A stretch of DNA of 49,088 nucleotides from Clostridia bacterium (GTDB taxonomy: Bacteria > CBDUZB01 > JAGLHV01), in NCBI GenBank assembly GCA_030595925.1, contig JAUVLC010000003.1, forward strand, positions 1-49,088. The letters are read 5' to 3'. How positions within the stretch are numbered: the stretch's first letter is position 1; each line of letters begins with the position of its first letter. A program made the position numbers and the translations under genes. Positions 1 through 10,315 of this stretch are shown here, one piece after another. Under the pieces are notes generated by a model. The model saw only the letters and a list, made by a program, of their open reading frames with translations. It ran no database searches and was not told where the DNA came from.

Positions 1-26
1 CTATACCAAGTTTTTGTTGGTAATCA

Positions 27-922
27 ATGCTTTTTTATTTACCTCTTAAATTTCCCTGCTTTTTTCTCTATTCTTCTTTATTTACAATGTGTTTTACTCT
101 TTCTTTATGCTATTATTCCACAATAAATACGAATGAAGCAAAAAAAATAACTTATTACGATTTGGAAGAAGATTCAAAAAGGAATTATTTTATTATTAAA
201 AGAATTATAAAAAAAAATCCTGATTTAATCATATCCTTTGGGACGAAAGCAAGCAAAATACTTAAGAAAAAGATAAAGGACATCCCGGTAGTTTTTACCA
301 TGGTCTTAAATCCAATAGAAACGGGGCTTGTAAGTAAAATAAGAAATTCGGATGACAATTTTACCGGAGCGTCCATGAACGTTTCTCCGGAACGACAGTT
401 AAATTATTAAAAGAAGTTCTACCAAAGGCTAAAAAGGTGGGGGTCCTTTATGATTCAAAAATGACGGGAGATACAATTACAAGGGTTATTCAGGCCGCTA
501 AGGAGTGTGACCTGAAATTAATTAAAAAGGATGTTTTTTCTCCAAAGGAAGTACCGTTAGCAATTAAGCGCTTGATAAAAAAAATAGATGTACTATGGTT
601 AGTTGCAGATACGACTGTTATTAGCTATCAATCTCTACAGTACATTTTAGAAATTGCTTTAAAAGCGAAAGTCCCGGTTATTGCTCAGGCTAATTATGTG
701 GTAGAGATGGGAGTTTTAATAGGTTTAGAGTGTGATTATAAAGATATTGGGATGCAGTCAAGGGAATTAGTTTGTAAAATATTAGAAGGAGAAAAACCTG
801 TTAATTTGCAAACGACTGTTCCCAGGAAAACGGTATTAACAATAAATCGTAAAGTTGCCGGGGCGTTAGGGGTAAAGATTCCCTTTTATGTTTCAAGAAG
901 AGCTCATAAGATTTTTAAATAA
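27..922 (+). pseudogene. ABC transporter substrate-binding protein (ABC_sub_bind type), split by a frameshift near 400
   Basis: ORF 27-410 (PDLIISFGTKA, IPVVFTMVLNP, FTGASM) continues in another frame as KLLKEVLPKAKKVGVLYD into ORF 437-922. One missing base explains the shift. It could be a sequencing indel. Confidence 0.7.
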
Positions 923-992
923 ACCAAAAGAAAGGAGGGAGAAAAATCGTTTTAAGGGGGAGTAAAAAATTAATATAAAAAGGAGCGGATCA

Positions 993-2881
993 ATGATAAA
1001 AAATATTTTTAAAATGATCTGGCTATTGTGTTTGATGTGTTTTTTTACATCATCGGTATTTGCCCAGACGGATGAAATATCGCCGGAATTTTTGTTGTTT
1101 GGGAAGGAAATTTTAGTAGTAACAGCAGCCCGCCATGAACAGGAGATAGGGGAATCGCCGGCTACCATTAATGTTATTACAGCAGAGGATATTAAAAATT
1201 CGGGATGTTTAACAGTTGGTGACCTTTTAAGAACTCTGGCGGGAATGGATATTAGAACACTGCCGGAACAAAATTTTATTTAACGCCTCGGGGTTTAAGT
1301 AGTACAAATTCATGTGCTACAGAAAGGGTTCTTTGTTTCGTTGATGGCCGTCCAATCAATACTCCTAATCATGGAAGTTTTTTCCCTGATTTAACATTGC
1401 CTATAGTTAATATAGAGAGGATTGAGGTAATTAAAGGTCCTGCTTCAGCAATTTATGGGGCTAATGCTTTTTCCGGAATAATTAATATAATTACTAAGTC
1501 TGCGGAAAATGTTGATGGGTTTGAAATTTCGGCAGCCGGAGGAGAGTTTTCCACTCAACTTCACAAATTAAGTTTTGGTAAAAAAAGCGAAAAAATCGAT
1601 GGTTTGTTTACTTCCCGGTGGGATAAAACTGATGGGTCACAATTAATTGCGGATAACACTGATTTTGAAAACTACAATGTCTTTGGAAAAGTGAAGGTTT
1701 CTAAATTCACTTTGTCTTTGGGACATAGTGAATCAGACCGTGGATTATCGGGTAGTGCAGGAAGGCCGACTTCTACCTATACTGAGGAGATAAACGAAAG
1801 TTTTGTAGATGCCGTAAGTAATATAGAATTAAATTCTAATATGGATTTAATGGTCAAAGGATTCATAAACGATCGCGAAAACATACTGGATATGGGTGAT
1901 TTGACCACTGTTGATGAAGCTGTTCTGGGTGGAGAAGTACAGCATAACTGGCGGATAAATTCTAATAACCTGCTTATTTGCGGGGTAGATGTAGCTGAGT
2001 CAGAAATAGCATTAGCCGGAGACCATGAAACTACAAACGTTGCTGTTTACATACAAGACGAATGTAAGCTTATGGAAAAGTTAACCTTTACTCTGGGAGT
2101 AAGACATGATAAGCATTCTGTTTATGAAGAAGTAACTAGTCCGAGAGCAGGTGTAGTTTATAATCTTGGCAGAACGGTTATTAAATCTTTTTATGGTGAA
2201 GCATTCAGAGCTCCTACTTTTGCTGAGTCATATCCTGATTTGTGGCTTGGTCCAGTGGTGCATGTGATGGGGAATAACGAACTTGAACCTGAAAAGATGA
2301 AGTCATACGAAATAGGGATCGGGCATAAATTTACCAGGGAGATGGAAGGGGAAGTAAATGTTTTCTATAACAAAACAAGAAATTTAATTGTTTTGAGAAC
2401 CCAAAGGATTTCAGCTACCGGTTTTCCTCCTATACCTGTTATAAAATATGATAATGTAAATAAAAATGAAGCGGAGGTAAAAGGAGTAGAAGTTTGTTTG
2501 AAAAGTAAACTTTTTTTTGACAATCTGAAAGGGGTTATGAATTATTCGTATCAAAAAGCTAAAAACGAACAAACCAAGGAAGATTTGGAATATGTGCCTA
2601 ATCATAAATTTAATATAGGATTAAATTTTAAATTAGGACAATTTATGGCTAATACTGCCCTTCGCTATATAGGTGAAAGAATTTATCCGGATAGTCGTAC
2701 CGGGCTTGCAGGAGAATTGGACGCCTATACAGTTGTAGATGCTAAAATCATTGCCGGGATATTAAAAAATTTGGAAGTATCATTATCTGCGTATAATATA
2801 TTTGATGAGGAATACGAAGAAACGTATGACTATCCAATGCCTGGCACAAGCTGGTTAGCTGAGGTGGGGTATAAGTTTTAA
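993..2881 (+). pseudogene. TonB-dependent outer-membrane receptor (BtuB/FepA-like), frameshifted near 1280
   Basis: Signal peptide and plug start (VVTAARHEQ...INVITAEDIK) in 993-1283. The next frame reads LTPRGL...VLCFVDGRPIN...IERIEVIKGPASAIYGANAFSGIINIIT and ends with a C-terminal Phe (GYKF). Confidence 0.8.
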
Positions 2882-2941
2882 AAGCGATGAAAAAGAAGAA
2901 TATGCCTTTTGTAACAAAAAGAGAGAGATTATAAAAAATTC

Positions 2942-2971
2942 TTGACAAATAAAGATTTTTTATGATATATT
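2942..2971 (+). promoter_or_regulatory. sigma70-type promoter for the ilv leader
   Basis: TTGACA (2942-2947), 18 bp spacer, then TATATT (2966-2971) preceded by TGn. Confidence 0.6.
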
Positions 2972-3017
2972 CTCCTTGTGAGCAAAGTCGGAAAAATAAA
3001 ATGTTACGGTGAAAACT

Positions 3018-3104
3018 ATGCAATCAGTTAAAATTCTTTTTTCAGTAGTAAAGGTAAATGTAGTAATTGTTGTGCATGGTATTTTCGCCGTGGGCATAAA
3101 GTAA
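3018..3104 (+). CDS. Attenuator leader peptide 1 (28 aa, Val/Ile-rich)
   Basis: MQSVKILFSVVKVNVVIVVHGIFAVGIK*, directly followed by a terminator, upstream of ilvB. Confidence 0.75.
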   Translation: MQSVKILFSVVKVNVVIVVHGIFAVGIK

Positions 3105-3122
3105 TAGCTTAAGGCTAAACTT

Positions 3123-3162
3123 AAACGCCCCTGTCGGTGAAAAGCTGACAGGGGCGTTTTTT
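3123..3162 (+). terminator. Intrinsic terminator of attenuator 1
   Basis: aaacgcccctgtc-ggt-GAAA-gct-gacaggggcgttt followed by a T tract. Confidence 0.9.
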
Positions 3163-3196
3163 ATTTAAATAAATACAATTTTAGAGGAGTAAGGCT

Positions 3197-3277
3197 GTGA
3201 AAGAATTAGAAATAATAAAAAATAATATTGGTGCTGTTGTGGTAGTAATATATGTTGTAGGCAGGTCTCCGCCTTAA
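3197..3277 (+). CDS. Attenuator leader peptide 2 (26 aa, IvbL-like)
   Basis: RBS agaggag, GTG start, MKELEIIKNNIGAVVVVIYVVGRSPP*. The Val cluster resembles the E. coli ilvBN leader peptide. Confidence 0.8.
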   Translation: MKELEIIKNNIGAVVVVIYVVGRSPP

Positions 3278-3302
3278 GGGTGAAGTGGTAGATTATACAC
3301 AC

Positions 3303-3339
3303 AACCCCTGTTGGCGTGAGGCCGACAGGGGTTTTTTTT
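3303..3339 (+). terminator. Intrinsic terminator of attenuator 2
   Basis: 13-bp stem aacccctgttggc / gccgacaggggtt, 5-nt loop, T8 tail. Confidence 0.9.
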
Positions 3340-3371
3340 ATTTAATTAAAAAATTTTAAAAGGAGGAAAAA

Positions 3372-5045
3372 ATGAAGTATACAGGTGCAGAAATTATTAT
3401 TAAATTGTTAGAAAGAGAGGGAATTGATATAGTTTCCGGAATTCCGGGCGGAGCAAATCTTCCCTTGTATAATGCTCTTTATAAAAGCAAGATACAACAC
3501 ATTTTAGCCCGACATGAGCAAGGAGCCGGTTTTATCGCTCATGGAATAGCCAGAGCAACAGGAAAAACAGCTGTTTGCTTTGCCACTTCCGGTCCGGGAG
3601 CGACAAATTTATTAACTGTTATCGCTGATGCAAAATTAGACTCTATACCCATTATTGCTATTACCGGGCAGGTTCCGTCTTCTTTTATAGGTACTGATGC
3701 CTTTCAGGAAGTGGATACCTATGGTATGACTTTACCCATTACCAAACATAATTTTCTTGTTCGGGACGCAAGAGAATTGCTCTATATTATTCCCGAGGCG
3801 TTTAAAATCGCTGCATCCGGAAGACCCGGGCCGGTGGTAATTGATGTTCCCAAAGATGTTCAATGCCAGGCTATCGAATTTGATCAATGGCCGGATCGGC
3901 AAAAAGAAGAAGACCCTGAAGAAATTAATTTATCCGGGATTAAACACATTGCCGGAATGATTAATGAATCCAAAAGGCCTTTGCTTTATATCGGAGGGGG
4001 GATTGTTAATTCAAAGGCACATAAATTATTGTATAAGTTAGCTAAAAGGAATTCCATCCCTGTAACTTCAACCTTAATGGGTTTAGGGTGTTTCCCCTCG
4101 GGGGATTCTTTATCTCTGGGAATGCCGGGGATGCATGGAGCGTGTTATACCAACTTTATTCTTAATGACGTGGATTTGCTTTTGGCCTTTGGGGTGCGTT
4201 TTGATGACCGGGCTACCGGAAATGTTAAAAAGTTTTGTCCCCAGGCAAAAATTGTTCATATTGATATTGACCGTTCTGAAATTGATAAAATTAAAAAATC
4301 GAATTTTTCCGTTACAGGGGATATTGGTCTGGCATTGAAACAAATAATGCCCTTTATAAATTCTGATCGTCGGGGAGATTGGATTAGGAAAATTGAAAAA
4401 ATAAAAGAGGAGCATCCTTTTTTAAGGGAAAAGAATAGTGATTTTTTACACCCGATAAACCTTATTCGGACTATAAGTAATTTGGTTAAACCGGATACAA
4501 TTATTACCACGGATGTGGGTCAACACCAAATGTGGGTTGCTCAGGCGTATCCGTTTCAATATCCCCGGACGTTGCTAACGTCCGGTGGATTGGGAACTAT
4601 GGGGTTTGGATTACCTGCAGCTATTGGAGCGGCTCTGGTAAATCCTGATAAACGTATAGTGTGTATAAGTGGCGACGGGTCTTTTCTGATGAATATTCAG
4701 GAATTGGCAACATTAGCCGATTTAAATTTAAATATAACCACTATTATTATGAATAACGGGCATTTAGGGCTTATTCGACAACAGCAGGAATTATTTTATG
4801 AAAAAAATTATATAGCAGCGAAGTTTATCTCCAATCCTGATTTTGCAGCTATTGCCCGTAATTTCGGTATTAGGAGTTATGATTTAGAAGGAATGGAAAA
4901 TCCTATGGCTGTTCTGTCGGAATCTTTAACGAAACCAGGGTCTTGCGTTGTGAACGCACCAATACATTATGCGGAAAATGTTTGTCCCATAGTTCCGCCC
5001 GGTGCGGCAAATTATGAGATGATAGGAGGGGAGAAGAATGACTAA
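3372..5045 (+). CDS. ilvB: Acetolactate synthase large subunit
   Basis: RHEQGAGF, TSGPGATN, DAFQEVD, SGGLGTMGFGLPAAIGA, GDGSF TPP motif. Confidence 0.97.
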   Translation: MKYTGAEIIIKLLEREGIDIVSGIPGGANLPLYNALYKSKIQHILARHEQGAGFIAHGIARATGKTAVCFATSGPGATNLLTVIADAKLDSIPIIAITGQVPSSFIGTDAFQEVDTYGMTLPITKHNFLVRDARELLYIIPEAFKIAASGRPGPVVIDVPKDVQCQAIEFDQWPDRQKEEDPEEINLSGIKHIAGMINESKRPLLYIGGGIVNSKAHKLLYKLAKRNSIPVTSTLMGLGCFPSGDSLSLGMPGMHGACYTNFILNDVDLLLAFGVRFDDRATGNVKKFCPQAKIVHIDIDRSEIDKIKKSNFSVTGDIGLALKQIMPFINSDRRGDWIRKIEKIKEEHPFLREKNSDFLHPINLIRTISNLVKPDTIITTDVGQHQMWVAQAYPFQYPRTLLTSGGLGTMGFGLPAAIGAALVNPDKRIVCISGDGSFLMNIQELATLADLNLNITTIIMNNGHLGLIRQQQELFYEKNYIAAKFISNPDFAAIARNFGIRSYDLEGMENPMAVLSESLTKPGSCVVNAPIHYAENVCPIVPPGAANYEMIGGEKND

Positions 5046-5325
5046 AATAGCAAGTACTATTATTGAATTGACGGTTCAAAATCATCCGGGTGTGATGTCT
5101 CATATTACCGGTCTTTTTTCCAGACGGGCATTCAATTTAGAGGGAATTTTATGTGGATGTATCGGCAAGGGAACACAAAGCCGGATGTTTTTATTGGTCG
5201 AAAATAATGGACGCATTCAACAAATAATAAAACAATTGGAGAAACTTTATGACGTAATAGACGTTACTTTACGCGAAGATTACGATCATACGCTATTTAA
5301 ACGATTGCATGAATTTATTAAATAA
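5038..5325 (+). CDS. ilvN: Acetolactate synthase small regulatory subunit (single ACT domain)
   Basis: NHPGVMSHITGLFSRRAFNLEGI; overlaps the ilvB stop. Confidence 0.93.
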   Translation: MTKIASTIIELTVQNHPGVMSHITGLFSRRAFNLEGILCGCIGKGTQSRMFLLVENNGRIQQIIKQLEKLYDVIDVTLREDYDHTLFKRLHEFIK

Positions 5326-5560
5326 TTCCCTGGTGTTATTCATAAAAGATAACAAAAGAAATAGGGGAAGAGTTTCTTCTTGCTTTTAAACATTAAATTG
5401 GATAAAATTATAAACACGGTTTGTATTTTTATGACATCTAAAAAATGTTCTTTCTAATAGCGTAAGTAGATGATTTAAAAAGTAATGACTTTGTGGTTAA
5501 AAATAAAACCTTATCGGGAATAGAAGATAATTATTACAATAGCTTTTTTGCAGCAGAGAA

Positions 5561-6169
5561 ATGAGTTTTTACAACGGAAGAATATTGCGTATGGATAATA
5601 GAATTTCAGCATTTGTATTTAAAAATCGCCGGTTTTTTAGTATCATTTCTCTTATAGTAGTAATGGTTTTAAAGCTTTATTTAAAGGGCACTACCTCTTT
5701 GTTTTTGTTCGGGACAGGCTTAATAATTGTAGCGATAGGAATAGTCTTCAGAATGTATTGTGCCAGTTATCTTTTGGGGAGGCATATTGTTACTAAAGTA
5801 GAAGCAGATTTTCTTTGCGTTTCCGGGCCTTTTGCTTATTTTCGCAATCCTCTTTATCTGGGTAACTTTATTATCTGTATAGGTTGCTGTATCTCTTTCA
5901 ATGAATGGTATGCTTATTTAATCGGGATTGGAAATTTTATTTTTTTATATTCATTTATAGTTCCTCATGAAGAAAGATTTTTGCAGGAAAAATTCGGAGA
6001 TAATTATCTTGAATATAAAGCTTATACGAAGAGATTTATACCCAGGCTAACAGGGTATAAAAGTCATACGGAAATATTTCCTAAATATAAACTCGGCATT
6101 TTGAAAGAAATTAGTCATTTAATTATCCTTGTAGTATTTTTTGTAATCCTTGCGGTCTGTTTTGTTTGA
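5561..6169 (+). CDS. Isoprenylcysteine carboxylmethyltransferase / PEMT-family membrane protein
   Basis: GPFAYFRNPLYLG and EERFLQEKFG..YLEY...TKRFIP motifs, several TM helices. True start may be 5591. Confidence 0.85.
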   Translation: MSFYNGRILRMDNRISAFVFKNRRFFSIISLIVVMVLKLYLKGTTSLFLFGTGLIIVAIGIVFRMYCASYLLGRHIVTKVEADFLCVSGPFAYFRNPLYLGNFIICIGCCISFNEWYAYLIGIGNFIFLYSFIVPHEERFLQEKFGDNYLEYKAYTKRFIPRLTGYKSHTEIFPKYKLGILKEISHLIILVVFFVILAVCFV

Positions 6170-6224
6170 TAAAGAGGATTTTTTTGCAGAAGTCTATAAA
6201 TAATAAAAAAAGGAGGTATTAAAA

Positions 6225-6959
6225 ATGCGGGAAAAAAGGACAGCTATTTTTTTGAGGTTAATGATGATTTTATTTTTATTTGGTTTAATGAATTTGGTTG
6301 GTGCTCAAGCAAAACCTAAAGCTAAAAGTGGTGAAGGGGAAGAGAAAGCTTGGACCAAAGAGAAAAGGGAAGGACAAAAGAGTGAAACACCCCCCGGATG
6401 GGAAAAAGGGTTAAAGAAAGGTTGGGAAAAATTAACTCCCCCGGGATGGAATAAAAAGGATAAAAAAGAAAGAAAAGAATGGCAAAAAAAGTTAGCCAGA
6501 GTTAAAAAACAAATTAAGACGAAAGCAAAAAAGAAAAAGTGGAACGCAGAAAACTGTGAGAGAGCATCTATTGCTCTGGAATTTGCAGTAAGAAGAGGGA
6601 TGCCGGCAAGTCAGGCTGGAAATGTCATAGGAGAGTGTATAGGTAAGGGTTTAACAGGAGAAGAAACTTTACTTGTAGGAATAGTTTTATCTGAAGGGGT
6701 TGAGAAAGGAACGAATTTTGAAACTATGGGTAGCCGGGTTGTAGAAAAAATCAGAGCAGGCTATAAAGGGAAAAAATTAGCCAGGGAAATTCGTTTTATG
6801 ATTGATACTGACTACAAAACCAGGAAGGAAGTAAAAGAAAAGAAAATGGAAAAGCTTTTAAACAAAGAAGAATTTAAACAAGAGAAAAAAGAGGAGAAAT
6901 TAGAGAGGCCGGTAAGCAAAGGTTCCGGTGGCGGAGGACGTGGTCGAGGTAAAAAATAG
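6225..6959 (+). CDS. Secreted Lys-rich hypothetical protein with TPPGW repeats
   Basis: RBS aggagg, signal peptide (...VGAQA), TPPGWEKG / TPPGWNKK, Gly/Arg-rich tail. Confidence 0.75.
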   Translation: MREKRTAIFLRLMMILFLFGLMNLVGAQAKPKAKSGEGEEKAWTKEKREGQKSETPPGWEKGLKKGWEKLTPPGWNKKDKKERKEWQKKLARVKKQIKTKAKKKKWNAENCERASIALEFAVRRGMPASQAGNVIGECIGKGLTGEETLLVGIVLSEGVEKGTNFETMGSRVVEKIRAGYKGKKLAREIRFMIDTDYKTRKEVKEKKMEKLLNKEEFKQEKKEEKLERPVSKGSGGGGRGRGKK

Positions 6960-6972
6960 AAAGAGGAGAAGT

Positions 6973-7302
6973 ATGGATTGGAAACTATTTATAGCAACCT
7001 TTGGAGTAATATTTTTGGCAGAACTTGCCGATAAGACCCAGCTGGTAGGAATAAGAATGTCTGCAAACAGACTGTGTCACAATCTGGGCTTGTGAATACT
7101 TTTTTCGATGGGCGTCATACATTCGACAGGCTCAGTACAAGTTCATGTCGCCACTACAATTGTTTTGAAAATCAGAGTTATGACACAGTCTGAAAGAGAG
7201 GAAAACCATTAACAGTATGGTTGGGGTCTATATCAGCATACATAATTGTGACGGTCATTTCCGTGTTAATTGGTGCCATTTGGAAAATATATAAGCCGGA
7301 AT
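6973..7302 (+). pseudogene. TMEM165/GDT1 (UPF0016) family cation transporter interrupted by a MITE
   Basis: MDWKLFIATFGVIFLAELADKTQL (E-x-x-D-K-T motif), resuming after the insertion as KRGKPLTVWLGSISAYIIVTVISVLIGA. Confidence 0.85.
7068..7192. mobile_element. 125-bp MITE (family A)
   Basis: TIRs cagactgtgtca / tgacacagtctg. AAA on both sides; removing the element plus one AAA restores the GDT1 frame (gca aag aga gga). Confidence 0.85.
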
Positions 7303-7336
7303 AATGATTAAAGGTTAAGAGTGTTAGAGGGAAAAG

Positions 7337-8296
7337 GTGCAAAATAAAATAAAATTCGTTTCGAATAGAACTAAAATAGCTAAAGATGTAACTGAATTGG
7401 TGGGAAATACCCCTTTAGTAGAATTGAACAGAATAGCCGGAAAAATGAAAGCAACGATTCTGGGAAAACTGGAATTTTTTAATCCCTGCGGGAGTGTAAA
7501 AGACCGTATTGGGGTAAGTATGATTGCTGCGGCAGAAAAGAAAGGCTTACTTAGTGCAGATTCTGTCGTGGTGGAACCAACCAGTGGAAATACGGGTATT
7601 GCCTTAGCTTTTGTCTGTGCTGTTAAGGGATATAAATTAATTCTCACAATGCCTGATACAATGAGCAGTGAACGAAAGAAAATGCTTGCGGTGCTTGGTG
7701 CGAAAATAGTTTTAACCCCGGGGGATAAAGGGATGCGGGGTGCGATTAGTAAAGCAGAAGAAATTACCAAAGAAAATAATAAAGCGTTTATGTTACAACA
7801 ATTTAAAAACCCTGCTAATCCCCAAATACATCGGGAAACTACTGCTTTGGAAATATGGAGGGATACTGGAGGGAAGGTAGATATTTTGGTTTCAGGGGTA
7901 GGTACCGGAGGGACTATTACCGGGATAGCTGAGGTATTGAAAGAAAAAAATCCTCAATTTAAGGCAATAGCGGTGGAGCCGGCGGATTCTCCTGTTCTTT
8001 CCGGTGGAAGACCGGGAGCACATAAAATTCAGGGGATTGGGGCCGGATTTATACCGGATGTTTTAAATGAAGATATTGTCGATGAAGTAATCAAAGTAAC
8101 CAATGATGAGGCAATAGAGTGTGCAAGAAAATTGGCTAAAGAAGAAGGATTATTTGTCGGTATTTCTTCCGGAGCAGCAATGTTTGCAGCATTAGAAATT
8201 GGTAAACGCGAAGAAAATAAAGAAAAAGTTATTGTAGTTATTTTTCCTGATTCAGGAGAACGTTATCTTTCTACGGAACTTTTCAAAGAAGAATAA
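7337..8296 (+). CDS. cysK: Cysteine synthase A
   Basis: [50 protein letters not shown]. Confidence 0.96.
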   Translation: MQNKIKFVSNRTKIAKDVTELVGNTPLVELNRIAGKMKATILGKLEFFNPCGSVKDRIGVSMIAAAEKKGLLSADSVVVEPTSGNTGIALAFVCAVKGYKLILTMPDTMSSERKKMLAVLGAKIVLTPGDKGMRGAISKAEEITKENNKAFMLQQFKNPANPQIHRETTALEIWRDTGGKVDILVSGVGTGGTITGIAEVLKEKNPQFKAIAVEPADSPVLSGGRPGAHKIQGIGAGFIPDVLNEDIVDEVIKVTNDEAIECARKLAKEEGLFVGISSGAAMFAALEIGKREENKEKVIVVIFPDSGERYLSTELFKEE

Positions 8297-8311
8297 AAAC
8301 AGAGGAATGTA

Positions 8312-9502
8312 ATGAAAAAAATATATTTAGATCACAATGCTACTACTCCGGTGCATTCGGAAGTAATTAAGGAAATGTTGCCTTATTACAGGGACATTTA
8401 TGGTAATGCCTCCAGTTTTCATCAGTTTGGTCAACAGGCACGAAAAGCGGTGGAAGAGGCAAGGGAAAAAGTGGTCGATTTTATTGGCGCTAAGTCCGGG
8501 GAAATAATTTTTACCAGTGGTGGAACCGAGGCGGATAATTTTGCAATTAAGGGAGTTGCTTATGCTAATCAGACTAAAGGAAAACATATCATAACTTCGT
8601 CAATAGAACATCATGCGGTTTTAAATTCTTGTAAATATTTAGAAAAACAAGGGTTTCGGATTACCTATCTTCCGGTAGATAAATATGGTTTAATTAATCC
8701 GGAAGAGGTAAAAAAAGCAATTGAGGATGAAACAATTCTTATTAGCATTATGCATGCGAATAATGAAATGGGGACAATAGAGCCTATTGCCGAAGTTGGA
8801 AAAATAGCCAAAGAAAAAGGGGTTTATTTTCATATCGATGCAGTTCAATCAGCAGGTAAAATCCCGGTAGAGGTAAAGGAATTAAATGTAGATTTACTTT
8901 CTTTATCGGGGCATAAAGTTTATGGGCCTAAAGGTATCGGGGTCCTTTATATTCGTAAAGGAACAAAAATTCAGCCATTAATTCATGGAGGACACCATGA
9001 GAAAAATAAACGGGCCGGGACAGAAAATGTTCCGGGGATTATTGGATTAGCTAAAGCAATAGAAATTGCCCGTATTACGGTGAAGGAAGAAGCAATACGG
9101 TTGACTAATTTACGCAATAGGTTATGGACCAGTATCAATGAAAAAATAGAAGATGTTTTTTTGCACGGACATCCACAAGAAAGATTACCTAATACGTTAA
9201 ATTTAAGTTTCGAAGGGGTAGAAGGGGAAGCGATAATTCTTGACTTGGATATGAAAGGCATAGCTGTTTCAACCGGCTCAGCCTGTACTTCGGGAACGTT
9301 AGAACCGTCACATGTTTTAAAAGCAATGGGAGTAAATCCTCGGCTTGCTCAAGGGGCAATAAGGTTTAGTCTCGGTGAAGATAATACTCAAGAGGAGATT
9401 GATTATGTTGCGGATATGTTATCCGGAATTGTAAGCCGGTTGAGAGGAATATCTCCCTTTTATCAGAAGAAAGAAAGCAAAGATTTATATAAAGGAGCGT
9501 AA
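8312..9502 (+). CDS. nifS: Cysteine desulfurase NifS/IscS
   Basis: IYLDHNATTP, FTSGGTE, SGHKVYGPKG, STGSACTS. Confidence 0.95.
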   Translation: MKKIYLDHNATTPVHSEVIKEMLPYYRDIYGNASSFHQFGQQARKAVEEAREKVVDFIGAKSGEIIFTSGGTEADNFAIKGVAYANQTKGKHIITSSIEHHAVLNSCKYLEKQGFRITYLPVDKYGLINPEEVKKAIEDETILISIMHANNEMGTIEPIAEVGKIAKEKGVYFHIDAVQSAGKIPVEVKELNVDLLSLSGHKVYGPKGIGVLYIRKGTKIQPLIHGGHHEKNKRAGTENVPGIIGLAKAIEIARITVKEEAIRLTNLRNRLWTSINEKIEDVFLHGHPQERLPNTLNLSFEGVEGEAIILDLDMKGIAVSTGSACTSGTLEPSHVLKAMGVNPRLAQGAIRFSLGEDNTQEEIDYVADMLSGIVSRLRGISPFYQKKESKDLYKGA

Positions 9503-9504
9503 AG

Positions 9505-9882
9505 ATGCAATATACTGAAAAAGTAATAGAACATTTTCAGCATCCCAGAAATGTCGGAGAAATAGAAAATCCCGATGGTATTGGCCATGTGGGGAATCCT
9601 ATTTGCGGGGATGTTATGGAATTGTATATTAAAATAAAAGATAATATAATTGTTGATGTAAAATTTAAAACATTTGGTTGTGGTGCAGCTATTGCCAGTG
9701 GTTCAATGCTTACCGAACTTATTAAAGGGAAGAGCATAGATGAGGCATTGGAGATATCTAATAAAATAGTTGTTGAAGCGTTGGGTGGGTTACCGCCTAA
9801 AAAGACACATTGTTCTGTGCTGGCTGAAGATGCCTTAAAATTCGCCATTGATGATTATTTTAAGAAACAAGGAAAAAAATAA
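9505..9882 (+). CDS. nifU: Fe-S cluster scaffold NifU/IscU
   Basis: HFQHPRNVG, GNPICGD, FKTFGCGAAIA, LPPKKTHCSVLA. Confidence 0.95.
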   Translation: MQYTEKVIEHFQHPRNVGEIENPDGIGHVGNPICGDVMELYIKIKDNIIVDVKFKTFGCGAAIASGSMLTELIKGKSIDEALEISNKIVVEALGGLPPKKTHCSVLAEDALKFAIDDYFKKQGKK

Positions 9883-10291
9883 AACATTTTTGACATTACT
9901 TAAAAAATTGTAGTCGCCTCATTTATGATGCATCATTATTATCTGTTCCGTCTAATAAAGAGATTGTTGAAAAATGGTAGCCGACGGCTTTAGCCGGCGA
10001 TTTTTTTTGCTAATTATTACCAAATAGTACCACTTTTTCACGCAAACTAAAGTTTGCGACTACCAAATTCGTATTTTTCAACAATCTCTAAATTGGGCAA
10101 CTACATTGATTTGGGAGAAGGGCAATTGTAGTTGAGGCATTTAGACACTGTCTATTGTGTTGTATTAAATACCTGGTTTTAGGTAGCCGCAGACTTTCCT
10201 CCTTACAGACTGGCGGACAAGTAGTCTGCGTAATTTTTTTGTCAAGGCGTAATCTAAAGCTTTCGACTAGCAAAATTTTTTGACAGCACTT
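9879..10291. repeat. Composite REP/MITE region, copy 1
   Basis: GTAG-type palindromes (gtagtcgcctcatttatgatgc, gtagccgcagacttt..agtctgcg) and spacer text shared with 11670-12105. Confidence 0.85.
9960..10088. mobile_element. 129-bp MITE (family B), copy 1
   Basis: TIRs gagattgttgaaaaa / tttttcaacaatctc, 4-bp TSD TAAA, internal REP doublet. Confidence 0.9.
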
Positions 10292-10315
10292 AATCTATAA
10301 AAAAAGGAGTTAGTT

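Noticed and set aside
3018-3339. T-box or metabolite riboswitch upstream of ilvB
   Set aside because: I could not find a T-box consensus or specifier stem; the Val/Ile-rich ORFs explain the structure.
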